A DNA stretch of 63,092 nt, filler included, from Hyphochytrium catenoides (Eukaryota; Protista; Hyphochytriomycota), in the NCBI GenBank assembly GCA_900088475.1. It is 14 parts of 14 records of this genome, joined end to end, with 100 filler letters (N's around TTAATTAATTAA, not from the genome) between each part and the next. Parts side by side here need not be neighbours in the genome. Positions count along the whole stretch, not along the records: positions 31,708 to 35,113 come from FLMG01000140.1; positions 35,214 to 37,159 come from FLMG01001509.1; positions 37,260 to 53,497 come from FLMG01003803.1; 11 more parts are not named here. One strand, 5' to 3'. Under the pieces are notes generated by a model. The model was not told the DNA's origin, ran no database searches, and saw nothing but the letters and a program-made list of their open reading frames with translations. The position numbers and the translations under genes were made by a program. Shown here one piece after another: positions 33,501-46,586 of this stretch. Each line of letters opens with the position of its first letter. Within the stretch, counting starts at the first letter, position 1.

Positions 33501-35265
33501 GTCGCCATGCCTTCCTCATTTGCTTCAGTAGGGAAAGTAACTTTGGAAGCAATTATGCGAAATTTTTGAACCAAGCTTTGACATTGTTACTCCAGCTCAT
33601 TTCCTGAATGAGTTCTTTGAAGGAACTGACAGGGTAGAGCAATTAAACTCAGCGAAAGGGCCATGATGACAAATCATCACAAGGTTTGAGGCTGAGGACG
33701 AAGGGAGAATGTCAACTACTTACGGTAGGAACAACAGCTAGGCTGACATCGATTTGGGAGGAGAAAACCAGCAAGCAGTCAAAAGGAGGTGTAGTTCTAG
33801 TAGTTCTACGGGAGAGAAAAAAAGAGAAACTTGAGCGCGCGCGTTCACCTCGTCTTTGCTCACATTCCTCCTCAATCAATCCTCCCTCTCCCGTGCCCGG
33901 TTGAGAAGAAGGGAGAAGCCGCTTCAGGGAAGTACAGAACCTTCACACCATCCCCTAGCTGACCATCTTTTTGGCCCTCTCTCCGTTCATTTGAGGAGCG
34001 GGTTCAAAATGTCGGCCGGCCCCTACCCCCATTTAATATATTATAGAGATTGGTGCCTTCCCTCGGCACTGCAAGGACTTCATTGAACCTGTTTATCTTA
34101 TTAGGAAATGCAGGGCCGCTCTAAAAAGGACGTTCAATGGCCTCTTTCTGTAGCTACCAAGCTGCATGTACCTGTAGAGGCTGTATTATTATTGTTCGCA
34201 CCTCTTCTTCATTAGTCTTTTCGCTCCCAATTTACCCCCTTGCCCTACGGTGATGCCACTGGTGCTTCATCACGACGCTCTTGGCGGCAGCTTATACGAT
34301 AATAAATCAAGGGCAAGCATCAAAGCCCATCCTCCTCCGGCTTTGGTGTGTACAGAAACGTCTCTTTTTATTATGAGAATGCACAGCAGCAGCAGCAGCA
34401 GCTAGCATACAGTACATTATGGCCTAGAGAATGAAAGCTTCTAGGAAGGAAAGGGGAAGTGAAGGTGGAGGGGAGGAGGCGGGTGGTTCTAATAAGGCGA
34501 TGTGGACGATCCAGTGCCAGAAGAAAGAGGAGAAAGGGGTAGAACTACTACCGAGCGACGACCTCAAAATGAAGGCGACTGGGGCACAACAGGAGACGTC
34601 AGAGGCGAGAAGAACAATGAGCTGGAAAAGAGCCAGCTATCTTCTGCTGTTCCCTTCATCCATCACTGCCGATAGTATCGATTCCTACACACCCTCCCAA
34701 CCGAAACTGCTCTCTGCTTCCGAAAATACGAAACGAAAAAAAGAGACCTACCGATCATACTGTAATGTAGCTGTCAATCTTGACTCTTAGGATTGACAGA
34801 TACATTGGTTTATCTTTACAGTTGTCAAGTTCACACATGCAACTTTTGAGCATGCGCAGAGACGGCGGCCGTTGCTTTACTGGAGAAGCTGAAGAGTCGA
34901 CAAGAGCTTTGCAGAGAGTTTTCGAGTGTGCCTTCAGTTCTCGTTTTACTGGGATTCAATAACGCTTCCTCAATCCGCTGAGATCCTCGTGGTTATAGTT
35001 CAATCTTTACTCGGAATAGTGGATCCTTAAGGTGTCAAGAAGGACCATTACTATGTTAAGGATCAAACTTTTCTCTCACGTTCCTTCATCTGACTCTTTG
35101 TGGTTGTTCTTTTNNNNNNNNNNNNNNNNNNNNNNNNNNNNNNNNNNNNNNNNNNNNTTAATTAATTAANNNNNNNNNNNNNNNNNNNNNNNNNNNNNNN
35201 NNNNNNNNNNNNNCTCCCCATCCTTCCCTCACTCGCCTTCGGAGCTACAACTCTCCAGGTCTCAC

Positions 35266-36133
35266 CTTGCGACGTAGTCAGCTTCGCTTTCTCCTTTCAG
35301 TGGCTCCACCCCAGTGGCGTCACTGGAGGATCTAGACAGAGAAGTAGTGCTAGAAGAAACAGAGGAAGTGGAAGGAGGAACATAGCGCGGGAGGGGGAAC
35401 AGATTGTTCTTTCCATCAGCCTGATCCGAGACTCTCTGTCTGTAGCTCTCTGCTTGTGGAGAGTTGTACTTCTGGGGTATGGGTAAGCCCTCTGGGACGC
35501 CTGCATCTCTGAAGGCATCGATGAACTTCTGATTGCCTCCAACCTGCGAACAGGTAACATAAAGGAGAGATGAGGTAGAGTCAGAGTGTGGACACTCCAT
35601 GGGCAGCTACCGTGGCTGGGAGTCAGTTTACTTAGGGTTGAGAAAGTGACCGGGAGTAGAGCCGAATAAGTATAGAACGACACACAATAGATAGGGAGCA
35701 GGAAGAGTCACTAGGTGCAGATTTCGGGCCGAAGACAAAGCCCAGGGCTCAGTTTACCTGCATCATCTTGATCTGCTTATCAGTCCAAGAGTCCATAGTG
35801 ACGGACCTTACAAACGAGAGGTGGACCCCAAGGCCTCGATGCTGCCCTGAACACTCTAAGCACATGAACGTGCCATAAGAGACCGTTGCCCACTGAGGAT
35901 AGGGAGCGCCGCAGTCCACACATTTCTATGGATTAGCGACTTAGTGTTGCTTAATTCTTAGATTGTAGGGGGGATATCACTGTTGGGTGCCTCTCTCTCG
36001 CATGTCTAACGCCATAGAATGCCTAACGCACTCTCTGATGGGTGGTTGTTGGAGTACCATCACCACTTTCTTCTCTAGTCCGTACCTGATTTCCGGGGAG
36101 TTTCTTCAGCTCCTGCGCGACGCTCGGGGCCAT
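35266..36133 (-). CDS. ARFGAP1: ADP-ribosylation factor GTPase-activating protein, ArfGAP1-like, 5' part (exons 36133-36086, 35925-35758, 35543-35266)
   Basis: [16 protein letters not shown]|[47 protein letters not shown]...|VGGNQKF...KYNS: C-x2-C-x16-C-x2-C-x4-R zinc finger. Truncated by contig end. Confidence 0.93.
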
Positions 36134-38093
36134 TTGATGAGCTGCCATTCTACCTCAAGAAGAGCAACCACCACCCTTCACTCGCCAACGCTGCTATACT
36201 CCTCCTAGATTGACAGCAGCAGCAAGGGCAAGCCGCAAGTCCCTTCCTGGAAGCCCAGCTGTCTGCCGAATGACTCCGACAAGGACGCACGAGATGGCTG
36301 CTCACCGTGATCGGGCCGCGAAGGCTCTTGAACTACCAGGCTTGGTCATGAGTTGGCCACCTTCACAAGGGCAAAGAGCGTCAAACATATTATTAGCAGT
36401 CCGAGCGTGGTCACATCGACGATGAGGAGAGAGACAGAGGTTGGGGGTGAGAAAGGGAGGGGGAGGAGGGAGGAAGAGGAGCGGAGGAGCACAGAGAGAC
36501 AGTCTTTGGCAGGGTACCATCTCCAGCCTCCAGTAATAATACAGTGAGGTCCTTCCTATTTGAGCTATTCATCAACATTTGGCCATGGTAGTACGCCCAT
36601 AAGATGGACTCACATCACACTGGTACAGTAACAATAACCTCAATCGCTTCCATTGATAACTAATAGGGGGCGTGCTCAGTAACCTATTAAATCGTTCCTC
36701 GTCCCTCGTCATAGTAGTAATTCCTTTGGGACGCACTATATTCGGCTAATTGCATAGTCCTCGGCCTTATGGATTCTTATTGGTAGACATGTGGCCTGGA
36801 TGAATATCCTAGTAAATAAAGAAATATCTTAAGGAGGGTGGACATCAGGGTGAACTGCTACGGTCAAAGTACGCCCTGCTGGTTCCTTCAATAATAAATC
36901 ATCCTGCGGCGTTTGTTTGCCAAATCCTGCCTGGTTTTGGGGTTTTGGAGGGAGTGCTTAGGCATTTCCCACCCACCCGGTCCTATTCCCCACTATTGCC
37001 GGAGCAAGCAAGCAGCAGGGTGGGCTTTGGGTCATTGCCTGAAATTATGCCGTTAAGGGACCGCTCTACAAAAGTATAAGCAAAAGCAGCTGCTGTACCG
37101 CTCCTAACGTAAGCCGAAGAAGATGTTGCGGAAGAGTCCACTTCATTCCTCTCCACTTTNNNNNNNNNNNNNNNNNNNNNNNNNNNNNNNNNNNNNNNNN
37201 NNNTTAATTAATTAANNNNNNNNNNNNNNNNNNNNNNNNNNNNNNNNNNNNNNNNNNNNAGAGAGAGAGAGAGAGAGAAAGACAGACGTGGGAAAGGGCA
37301 CAGGGGGCTTTATCCACTTTGAAAAGGCAGAGGAGGATGAGGAGGAAGGGTGGGTTGAAGAGAGGATGACGCGTATCCGGAATAATTGGGCACACATTCT
37401 GAGTTGATGAGTTTGCTAGAGAGCTTATCATGAATATCAGCCTTGGTTGTTCACCTCTTCAAGTTGACCGCAGGGAATGATAAAATGTTCCTCTTCTCTC
37501 GTCTCTTCTTCCCTCTTTCTTCTCTCTTTCTCTCTCTCTCTCTCTCGTCATCATAATGTTCACACTTCTCTCGCCTCTCTCTTCATCCTCCCCATTCTCT
37601 TCTCTCAAAAGGTCAGGAAGAAGAGTGAGAAGTGAGAAGACTGCACTCTTCTTCTATTAAAGGTCCTTTAGACCTACCCCTGAGCTGTTGGAAGACTCTC
37701 CTGTCCTCAGTTCTCTGCCTGGACAACTTGTAGCTCAGAGCGCATCGATTCCTTCTCGACCTCCCTTCTGTCCTTAGCCCTGCTCGCTGCTGCCTGCCTC
37801 CTCTGTCTCAACGCTTCCCTTCCCTCCGCTCTTTCTACAACTTGTCTGTCCCTCTGTCTCTGTAGACTCACTCTTCCACCCGGCGCAAGAGTTCTACATC
37901 ACGTTATGGAGAACGAGTCCTCGGAGGTAGCTGCGGGGCAGCAGCGTCTCTTGCTGGCCGTTTATAATGAAGACCAAAGGCAGGGGAGGAGTCCCCGTGT
38001 ATGAGCAACGCAATATGTTGGACAACGCTATCTAGAGAGATGGGAACATATACGAGACACCTTACTCTTACGCAGCGCTCTGTCTGGGGCCAC

Positions 38094-38408
38094 ATGCTCC
38101 TGCTCTCTCTCCTGCCTGCTCTCTCGCTCTCGCTGAGATACGTGAAGGTCTCGTCCCCTCTCTCGACGGCTGCGGCAGATGAACTGCGCGAAGTCGGAGA
38201 GAGAGGAAATCTCTCTCTAGCCACTTATGCAGTCACATGGCCCTTTGAGAGGTGCCTCGATCTTGCATTCTTTCTTTCTATCTTTGTCCTTCCTCTCTCC
38301 TTTGTCTCTGCTACTCTATTCTCTCTTCTTGGGCCTTTCGGTCTTGTTCCGCTTTCTTCTCGCCCTGGTTCCTCTATTTTCATACCTATGCACCGATTGC
38401 GCTCCCTC

Positions 38409-38440
<32 letters not shown>

Positions 38441-41400
38441 GCTCTTATCTCGCCCTCTCTCTATTCCTCTCTCGCTCTGTCTCTCCCTGCTTTGGTCGCT
38501 CTCTCTCTCTGTATCTCTCTTCCCCTCTCCTCTTCCCTCCTCCTATGTCTTCTGCGTGAGAGGTCCGTAGCAACTCTCACATCTACCCCTCCTTCCCTTT
38601 CTCATACAGAATCGATCTGCCATTCCCTTTCCCCTTCGGTGGTCGATATCGGCGGCACGTCTTCGTCTCTCCTTCTGGTGGCATCTTTCTCTCTTCTTCT
38701 GGAGCACCACCCTGTGGTGGCACACTGTGGAACTCTTCGTGCTCTCTTCTCGACGGATATAGAGAGCTGGCGGCGCCTATCCTAGCAGAGTTCAGGCCGC
38801 AGGCCATAAGGTAAGGGAAATTACGGAAAGGTATGACTGCCATAAGAGAGAGAAAGAGACAGAGAAGAGCGAGAGAGAGAGAAAAATCGGTCCACATGAC
38901 GCAGACATAGAAAGAGACAACGCCGTCCTCCGTTTCCCATATTTTTAAAAGGAAGGGATGAAGATTATGAGAAGAAGGCAACCAGTGTTGGTCTGTGGGT
39001 AGCTCAGCTAGCTGTCTCTCCGGTGCGCGCTGGTGTCTCGCTGCAGTGTTCACGTGTTAGCCTCGCCCTTCCTCACTGGCCTGTGGTATATTCTCAGTAC
39101 CTCATTCTCTTTTCTCTTCTTGACTGTCCTCTTTCACTCTCTCCGGCCCTCTCTCTCTCTCTGTGCTCCTGCATGAACCAGGTACAATGTGACCAACGAG
39201 ACCATGACAGTCCGATTCGAAGGCATGAGGCACGGCGGACCCACAGGTTCCGGCTGTGATCCCTCTTTCTCGTCATTCTTGGCGTTCTTACCTCTGCAAC
39301 TCTCCCAACTCTTGAACCCAAACCCTTACCACGCAAATGCTGGTTGTGAATGTCTTAAGTATATTGCCTCCATCGTATCTCTCCCGTTCGTCCTCTTATG
39401 TCGGTATGTTAGAAGTGGAGGTGTTTGGGCCGAGAACTTGCGGTGAGGACCTCTGTTTTTTCACACTTCTTCTCTCTTCGTGCTCTGCCTCGTAGATATG
39501 GACCAGGAGGACTATACCTTTGCCATCAAAATCTTTGCCTCAGGGCAGATTCGGCTTGTGTACGACGACGTTCCAGCATCAACAAAGTTTACTGCTAAAG
39601 CTCTTGGGTGGGAAGAAGCATCTCAACCTTCTTGTGGTCCTCTCTGGAGATTTAGTCTAGTTCTGAACTGGGCACACGTCTACCTTCTCTCTCCTTGATG
39701 CTTGTGTTCTTTTGGTCCTCATAGCCGTCAATAGGAGTGTTCGTCCGTTCCTCTTCTGATACCTACGTCCTGCCTGACTTTCTCTTGTCTTCAGTCACTC
39801 CTGGCTCTCAGGGCTCATACTCACGTCACTTGAGCCCTCTTTGCTCGTGGCGGATGTAAGAAATGGAATGGTGGTGGACTTCTGTCCTCTTGCCGAGAGG
39901 CTGTGCAGCATTCCTTCTCAAGGTTCTACAGATGGAGGTGAGTTGGACCCAGAAGGAAGGGATATCACAGAGAAAATCAAGAAAGACTTAAGATAAAGAT
40001 GGTGGGAGCAGAAGGGAGAGAAGTGCTAGAGATCAGCTAGTCATAGAAGAGAGCGCAGATGACGATTCGGTTCCTTGCTTAAAGCTATCATATGTTTCCA
40101 GGAACCCTTGTGAAGCTCCATGCAGAACCCCTAACGCTCACTTGCCTCTCAGTAGAGGACCTGACCTGCACTTTTGGATCGGTCACTGTGTAAGCTACCT
40201 CTGACTTTAATGGCGTCACCTTGGTTGACGCTGCTTTCGTTTGGGTTATGTGTGTCCTTTTGCTTTCAGAAGCTGACTCAATGGTTCTTCTAGTCTTTCA
40301 CACACCATTGCCTATCAACTTGCTCACACTGTCTCTGACAACCACCACCGCTGTCCCCGTTTGCCTCCTCGTAGTACCGCTTACGTCGAGTCCGATGGAT
40401 CTGTAACCTGCCTGAGTCCACCGACCTCGGAAGCAGGGGAAGTCTCCCTGTCCGTCTCTCTCAAGGATGGAATCAGGTAACGCTACGCTCTATGCTTAAG
40501 CATGTCACGGGTCCAGTTCCTCTTCCCATATCTTCATCAGAGCTGAACCGACACTACGTGACCTCACTGCCCGTCATTTGTCGGCAATAAGCTCTATAAT
40601 ATCCGTACTCAGCTGTCTCTGTATTTGCAGTCTCTCAACCACTTTTACATACATTTCTTCCTCCTCTGAGCCTGCGGATGGGACAGCTGATGGTGCCAAC
40701 TGTACGGCGTTTCTTGATCCTAACGTGACTATGTAAGTACGGGATGCACCGGATCTGAAATTCATGATGTCGAAGGGAAGAGGAAGAGGGAACAACTGCG
40801 GACAGAAACAAAACGGAGGGTCCCCATAGCAAGACAGAGCTCATTGACCTTTGCTTCGTTAGGTGTATGGGCCGCCTTTACGAAGAAGAAGACTGTCGTG
40901 GAGTCTGTGGAGGGCCTAACGTCCTTGATCGGGCCGGAACATGCTGCGTTATGGAAGACCTGGTGCGATCGCTGCCTCACATTATCCGTCTTATTCTCAT
41001 GCAATTCTTCGCCCCGGCACCCTGTTCTCTGTATGTCTGTCGGACTGTCTCTTACTGGGATTGCCGCCTTGATTCTGTCTCTGGTATTATGTACCCTGGT
41101 GCCACTTCTAGGATTGCACCGGCCTTTGTCACGGTGAGGGTGTGGTGTCCATGATGGAGAAGAAAGAGAAAGGTCAAGACGAGAGTCATCCCCCTCCAAA
41201 AGAAGACAGCCAGAACTCTTCTTCTCTCTTCCCCTTCTCGTTGACATGCTGTTTGAGCCGTAGAGACTGTTTGGGAGTGTGTGGAGGCAGCGCCATTGTA
41301 GACACCTGCGGAGATTGCACAGGAGGACTGTCAGGTATGGTAGACAAGGATTAGTGGAAGACTGACCGCAAAGGTCATTCAGAGATTAGAAGAGACAAAG

Positions 41401-43466
41401 AGTGAATTTGTCGCGGAGTTGAACTAAAACAGGCCTAGTAAGTTTAGATAGGGAGATAGGCAGGTGTTCCTCTTAGAAAGAAACGACTTCACGAGCTTGA
41501 CTTTGATGAACCCATCAGGAAAGCCCATTAACGCAGCCATGGATTGCCTTGGCATCTGCAATGGTACCGCCAGCAGAGAGTCAGAGGACTGCAAGGAACT
41601 TCCAAGGGTAGGTTTTGAGACGCCATGGGACAAAGAGCCGCGAATGGCATTGAATAGCATGAAGGGAGATAGCCAACCGCCAGACTTGAGGGTTGCGAGA
41701 CAGGAAATAGAGAAAGCGGAAGGGGCAGAGAGGCGGTGAGCTTCACGGTAGCTTCTGAATACTAAGAGAACTGCCTTGCTTAATGCTTACTGTGCCTCTT
41801 TCTTCCGACTGCCTAGCTGTCTGTCAAAGGGAAGGAGGAGGTTGAGGTTCACAGAAGCTGGAAGTCTCCTCCTCTTGACACTGACGCGGAAGGATGGCTG
41901 TTGCACACAGAGACCTATACCTTTACCAACCGCGGTACGCAAACCTCGTCCCAAATCTGCTCAGCCTAGGGCTTCCTTCTATCTCTTGGGTTTGCTACTG
42001 TCGCCCTTTGTATTGTCCACTTCATTTGTTCTGCTTCAGCTCTGCCTGTCTACCGCTTCCTGCTCTGAGTACGTCACTTGCGAAATGGCAAGAGTTATTA
42101 AGAGTTGAGGCGCGTATCTTCTTGTCCGCCGGTGTGTCTAATGCATCTAACGTGTGCAATGTCTCTCTATGCCTCTCTTTCGAGCAGATGATCGACCTCT
42201 TTCTGTTGCTCTAGTCCTAGGAGAGCACGCAGACTCTTATCCCCAAATAACTCTTTCGGCTGCTATAGAGTCAGTAAACTGCCATACCCTCACCTCCTTT
42301 TGGCTTGTACTCCGTCCCCTCTGTCTCTCCCTTTATAGTCTCTCCCTTTATACGGCTCCCGCTTCTATCGATCCCATTCGATCCGATATCCTCTTATGTC
42401 TTAACCGGGGTCCTGTATCCCCATAGATTTCAGTAAAACATCAGTGGACAGAGTTCCGACGCTTACTGACTTTCAACTAACGAAAGCAATCTCACCTTGG
42501 TCTTCGCAGCAATGGCACGCGGCAACCTGCATATCCTGTCCTTTATCCCGTGCTACTACTTCCTCAGGAGAGTCTCACGTTTAACGTGACCCTATCTCTA
42601 CAAGGTAGAGATGCGGCGGCATTCCTTGGGGGCCACTGTCTCTCTCAACACTTCTTTCAGGGCTATTACTACCTTTCACGTCCTCTCAGCGCTGTTCCGC
42701 CTCCAAGCTAACGTTTCCTCTTTTTCCAATCCTGGTCGTTCCAGAGCTATTCTCCCATACCTCGCCGCCTCCGTCTCACCCGTCGGTCCGGACTAAGCAC
42801 CTTTCGGTGGTGTTCTCTTACCCGGGCCCCACCTCTTACCGACACACCAAGACCTTACGGCTGGCCCTTCTTCTGGACGACTGCACAGACATAATAGACC
42901 AGCGCTTGTGCATGTAAGCTTCCAAGGATGCTTCTCTAGCTTTCCTTGTCCTCTCTCTCCCCAATAAACTTTTCTTGGCACCACCTTCCTTCGAGCACTT
43001 CTCTGACAGCCTTCAAACTAATAAGTCTGTCCATAGCGATGCCCCGGGTTGCTTCTTCTGCGTTGTTTCGAAGCCTGGAACTTGGTTTAGGCGGCCAGAG
43101 AGTCTTCTCTCGTCGCTTGGAATCCGCCATCCTACTTCCTCTGCCGATGGAGACAGAGCCTTGTCCCATCTTGAGACCGAACTAGACGGAGCCTCACGAG
43201 AAGGACGACAAGCAAGACGTCTATTCCTGACTCTTCCGGAGATGAACTACACCATGTTCTCTACCTTTAGCAATACTGGTGTGTGCGTGCAGGGTGATGA
43301 CTTCTCTGTCTGCAAGCCACTGGCTCTGTATGACACATCCGGTGCTCTGTCCTTTTCCTCCTCTTACGCGTCCTCGCTAGATTTGCCAGGGGAGGGACCG
43401 CTTACCGCGGCCCTTGTTTGCGTCCTATTCTTCTCTCTTCTTGCGGGTAATCGGCGTCTATGCTGA
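38094..43466 (+). CDS. Multi-exon cell-surface protein: signal peptide, NIDO/PLXDC-like domain, IPT/TIG-like domain, DCxGVCGG repeats, PSI-like Cys cluster, C-terminal hydrophobic anchor
   Basis: MLLLSLLPALSLS; IDLPFPFPFGGRYRRHVFVSPSGGI...APILAEFRP; YTFAIKIFASGQIRLVY; LTCTFGSVTV...VTCLSPP..AGEVSLSVS; DCRGVCGG, DCLGVCGG, DCLGICNG; DDCTDIIDQRLC..PGCFFC; LTAALVCVLFFSLLAG near the stop. Exon structure only partly resolved; a possible upstream exon starts at 37906. Confidence 0.7.
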
Positions 43467-44042
43467 CTCCAAAGAAAGGAGACGGTGAGACAGCTTACTT
43501 CGTCAGGGATGCTAGCTATTTATTACCAAAGTATTTATATCTCAGTGCCCCAGAGGCACATCCTCCCCAACCGACAGGGTCTGTAAGCTAGCTCTTCGTC
43601 TTCTGGCTGGTTTGTCACAGACTGGGCAGGAAAAGGAAGCTCGGTTATCAGTGGACCCATGGACTAACTGAAATAATGATCTCGTGCAAAGGGAGACCAG
43701 TTCGGAACCATTGGGCTTGGCACTAGCTTGGTTTGAGCAGGAATCAGGGACACTGAGTTTTGCTGAGCTTAGGGCACATAATGGACAGCGAGAGGCTCGA
43801 GGACACTTCATTTTTGAGATAAAGCCGAAGAGTCTAGGCATGACTCAACTCCCTCTCTTGGCCCCAGATCTGAGGCGATTATAATCCATGGAAGTAGGGA
43901 TCGCGGGGTTGGGACGTCTTGAGGCCGTGGTTACCTCAAAGTTGTAACTCTGAGGCAGCGTTCAGCTTGCATACACTTGGATAGACGGAGTGCACCGACG
44001 CTTGGAACAGACAAGAGATTATGGAAAAAGGTTGAATATTCC

Positions 44043-45689
44043 TTAGGAATTGGGCAGAGAGAAACCGCGAAGAGGTATACTGGCGCTCAACCATTGCTCC
44101 GCTCGCTCCATCTTATCGATACCATGAAAGGAATTCAGTAACCTTTCCTCAACAGCAATACAAGCGTGAGCATCCGCGGTCGGACCAACTGTTGTCTCCT
44201 GTTCGAAAGCTTGTTCCTTAGTGCCTGCCTGGACCCAAAGGACTGACAGTCTTTTTTTTCTTAGCCTTCTGACGTTAAGATTTATGCCCAGCTTTGGTAA
44301 AAATCCTCTTAGCCCGGCACTCTGAGAAGTCAGAAGTTAGGAACGGGTACCAGGACAGAGACGAAGGAGACCAAGTAGAAGGGCGATTCAGAAGTGGATA
44401 ACCCGCCCCTTTCTAAATGTACTTGAAGGAAAAGATTTTGTCACCTGGGAGCCCTCTTGAAGCTCATTCCTGTCCGTGCAAACAAGGATGTGGATCCTGC
44501 TAGGCTCAATGTGCCTGAACTCAGACAGGAGATATAGATCAAAAATAGCACCAGTGAGTTTCAGGATATCAGAATATCCAGATGCGACAGAGGCAAGTAG
44601 TTTCTCTCCTCATTCCCGCTTCATAAGGACATACTTGGAGAGAAAACTCGAAGCTGCATGCTGAGCGACATGTCGGATAAGCTTACGGAAATATCGTGGA
44701 TAAACCTGGGCCTGGGTTCAGCAAGTAAGGAGAAGCTATTAAGCTCATCAACAGATTATGCGCATCACCTCTTCGTAAGGGACATCCACACGGTCAAAAG
44801 AAGGATGACATGGGGAGTGTGCAGCATCTACATGCCGATTTGTCTTCTGGTTGGTAGACAAATCAAAGTCCAGTAGAAAGAGTTCCTTCATAGTCATGAC
44901 AGACGTTCCAAGGACAACAGCCACTGTACCCAATGGGGTGGACATATAGAAAGGAGGCTGCGCTTAGCCGCATCCATGTGGGAGGAACGCATCATCCAGA
45001 ACCGTGTTACCTTTATACACAGTCTTCCCTTCCGCAAAAAGTTGTTCAAGCGCCTTCATAATAATGGTAAATGCCTGCAAAAACTTGACCCCACGCTTGG
45101 CCTGGCCCCCAATGAGTTTTCTACGACATAACCAGATCAAGGACTATTAGCGGTTGCGAGCGAGGAACTCTAAGGTTCTGCGAAAGGCACACGACAGGAG
45201 ATATGGCAAGCGAAGAGAGGTGATAACCGTCTTGGAATTAACAAAGCAAGCCGCATTTTGGTGCCTCAAGCATCAATGAAGGAAAGCAGTGTGCTGATAC
45301 TAGTGTGTCTTCTAGCTAGGGAAAGACTCAATAGCAGTGCTTCTCACCTCTTCCTTCCTTTGGTCTCTTGCTCGGATATTTTCTCCTGCACAAATCGAGC
45401 AGTGTCATCGTACATCCTAGGGTTCAGTAAGACGGTAAAGGTTAGGGACAAAACGAAAAGGCAGTGCGCGCGAAGAAGAAGGACAAATAGCAGGGTTAGA
45501 CCATGAATATAACAAGAAACTTGAGTAGAAGACGCGACTAAGATCCGTGGCTTACATTGGAATCTGGCCTCTGAGGAAGAGCACATACTTTATAAACTCC
45601 TTCGTCATGAAGAGCTTCATGTCTTGATCGAGCCTCGCCTTGTATGCCACTTTAACCTCAAGTATCTGCGACTCTCCATTGGACTCCAT
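44043..45689 (-). CDS. MAD2L1BP: p31comet / MAD2L1-binding protein (HORMA family), divergent, about 7 exons
   Basis: In order: KEFIKYVLFLRGQIPM|MYDD (cf. ELLKHIMYQRQQLPLPYEQ), VAVVLGTSVMTMKELFLLDF (cf. LG...PKE), FLPKL, and C-terminal WLSASIPLRGFS (cf. W......KGF). Family consensus recalled from memory. Internal exon boundaries near 44680-44770 are uncertain. Confidence 0.75.
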
Positions 45690-46586
45690 TGTTGACACTG
45701 TACCCACTTCCTTACTCCTTCACAGCCTTCAAACTGATAAGAAGTCTATTTGGGCGATAGCAAAAAGCGGCACCCTAAGCATTCCTTTTTCTTTCGCCAT
45801 ACAAACACCCGCAACTATAGGTTGTAGAATAAAACTAAGGCCTGTAGCTTGAATACTCTCTCTCTCATAGGTTGAATCCCCTCGTGGTACTTTAGCGAGC
45901 AAAGCGAAATCTGCAAATAGAGCTTTGTTGAAGCTTCGCTACATTAAATTTTTCTGTATGAAAAGCTCAATCTGAAATCGTATTTCACGCATTTTCGCGC
46001 CATCTCCAACATTATCAGTTACTACATTATGATAATCACTTTTTGTGAGGCCTCAGTTTGATGCCTGAGATCTGCATGAAGTTTCAGAAGCTGCAGATTT
46101 GAAGGCGGAGATGGCAATGGAGCTTGGTCCTGAAGCCCAAGCATCCGTTCACTTTATTGCCAATAACGCCACGGCTGAGCTAGCCTCGTACACCCTTCTT
46201 CTCCCTACTTAAAGCAAGCAATGTCTGAGGGCACTCATCTGCGAACTATCTCGTGATATGGTCCGGTTTATGGATCTTGTTTGTATGCCACTTCTGAATG
46301 TCATCATCGCCCCTAGATGAGAACAAGAGTGTGTGGTCACTTACCGACCAAGCTCATCATAGTTCTCCACCCTCAGTTTACATTCTCCTCTCCTTTCTTA
46401 TCAAAGGTATCCTTCCAACCGTTTAGGAGACTAGAATAGAAGAGGTTCCTTACATCTTCACCTCTTCTTGGTTGAGAAGCCGGAACCAGATGAGGGGACC
46501 GCGGTGAACAATCTAGGATGCGTCTACCCCAACAATTGTCAGTGGAAGGAAAGAGGAGAGTGTAGACAGGCTGCAAGAGGGACATA

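Noticed and set aside
33560-34290. Possible short minus-strand exons (…GRHFEPAPQMNGERAKKM|FLQRTHSGNELE*)
   Set aside because: Splice signals are plausible, but there is no start, homology or independent support.
46076-46110. Second SECIS-like ATGAA...GGAG hairpin
   Set aside because: Helix II is only about 8 bp with a bulge, and it lies upstream of both flanking genes rather than in a 3'UTR.
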